From Paraspadella gotoi (taxonomy: Eukaryota > Animalia > Chaetognatha): a stretch of DNA of 64,000 nt. Shown here in pieces: positions 52,344-64,000 of this stretch. The stretch spans positions 29,910,099 through 29,974,098 of the forward strand of contig CM119263.1 in the NCBI GenBank assembly GCA_051294375.1. Direction: 5' to 3'. The first letter of the stretch is position 1. Every line of letters starts with the position of its first letter. Position numbers and translations under genes: made by a program. The notes below the pieces were generated by a model. The model was not told the DNA's origin. It ran no database searches and saw only the letters and a program-made list of their open reading frames with translations.

Positions 52344-52655
52344 CGTTCGACAGGATGGGCTCAACTTTGTGGATAAGGCCCTAAGTGGGGCCGAAGAGTG
52401 CTCACCGCAACTTCTTTAACCCCCTCTAGCAGCCATGGAATGGGTCCTGGGCTTGGAACCAGGCTTGAGGGTTTTCCAGGCCCCCAAGGCGGCTTACGGC
52501 CGTCCTCACGCTTTCCGCAGGGTAGGTACCATTAGAAATCGACCTCGGTACCTGAGCTGGTCATGAGCTGATGGTATTACTCTATGAGCAATCGAATCAC
52601 GACTGAAGATGTCATGCTTACAGGCGGGATGAACTTATAGCAATGCCCGAATACA
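52344..52655 (-). mobile_element. TRIM family B LTR (52655-52368) plus a degenerate PBS region
   Basis: Aligns with 54176-54461; adjacent tgagcccatcctgtcgaacg matches the start of the interior at ~43200. Confidence 0.75.
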
Positions 52656-52783
52656 TCAATACATTTTCTCCATCTACTCAATGAAACCCATTTCGCCTTG
52701 TCCTTCACGTCAACTCAAGGCATGCCTCTTCGCCATGTCCATTACGTTAACTCAAGGCATGCCTCTTCGCCATGTCCATTATG

Positions 52784-63872
<11,089 letters not shown>

Positions 63873-64000
63873 CTGTTTTGTTTCAAGTTTGGGTTTTTTT
63901 TTAAGAGAAAACAAAGTAAAAACGGGTTTTGTGAATAAAGAAAATTATTATGTTATAGAAAAAAAATATTGAGGTTTGATTACAAAAACACTCGGGAAGG

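Overview
AT-rich, microsatellite-rich animal-type genomic DNA with spliced genes, N-gaps and several indel-riddled tandem copies that look like haplotype or long-read assembly duplicates. Genes reconstructed by hand, all on the minus strand: a single-pass receptor guanylyl cyclase (ANF-receptor ectodomain, TM helix, pseudokinase, cyclase; ~28.9-46.3 kb) plus a duplicated 3' half; a tandem-C2 synaptotagmin-like gene (52.8 to >63.9 kb) whose 7.2-kb intron holds a same-strand CCDC113/CFAP263-like gene; and a tentative CTHRC1-like secreted protein. The most notable signal is two unrelated-looking families of miniature non-coding LTR retrotransposons (TRIMs) with TG...CA ends, 4-bp TSDs, a shared TGGTGAGCC primer-binding site and a PPT, whose LTRs contain a tRNA-like Pol III promoter. 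Also present: a Penelope-like element (GIY-YIG) with inverted pLTR arms each carrying a minimal hammerhead ribozyme, solo hammerheads, MITE-like elements filled with TTAGGG-like repeats, and many minisatellites. Family assignments come from motif recognition by eye; no searches were run.
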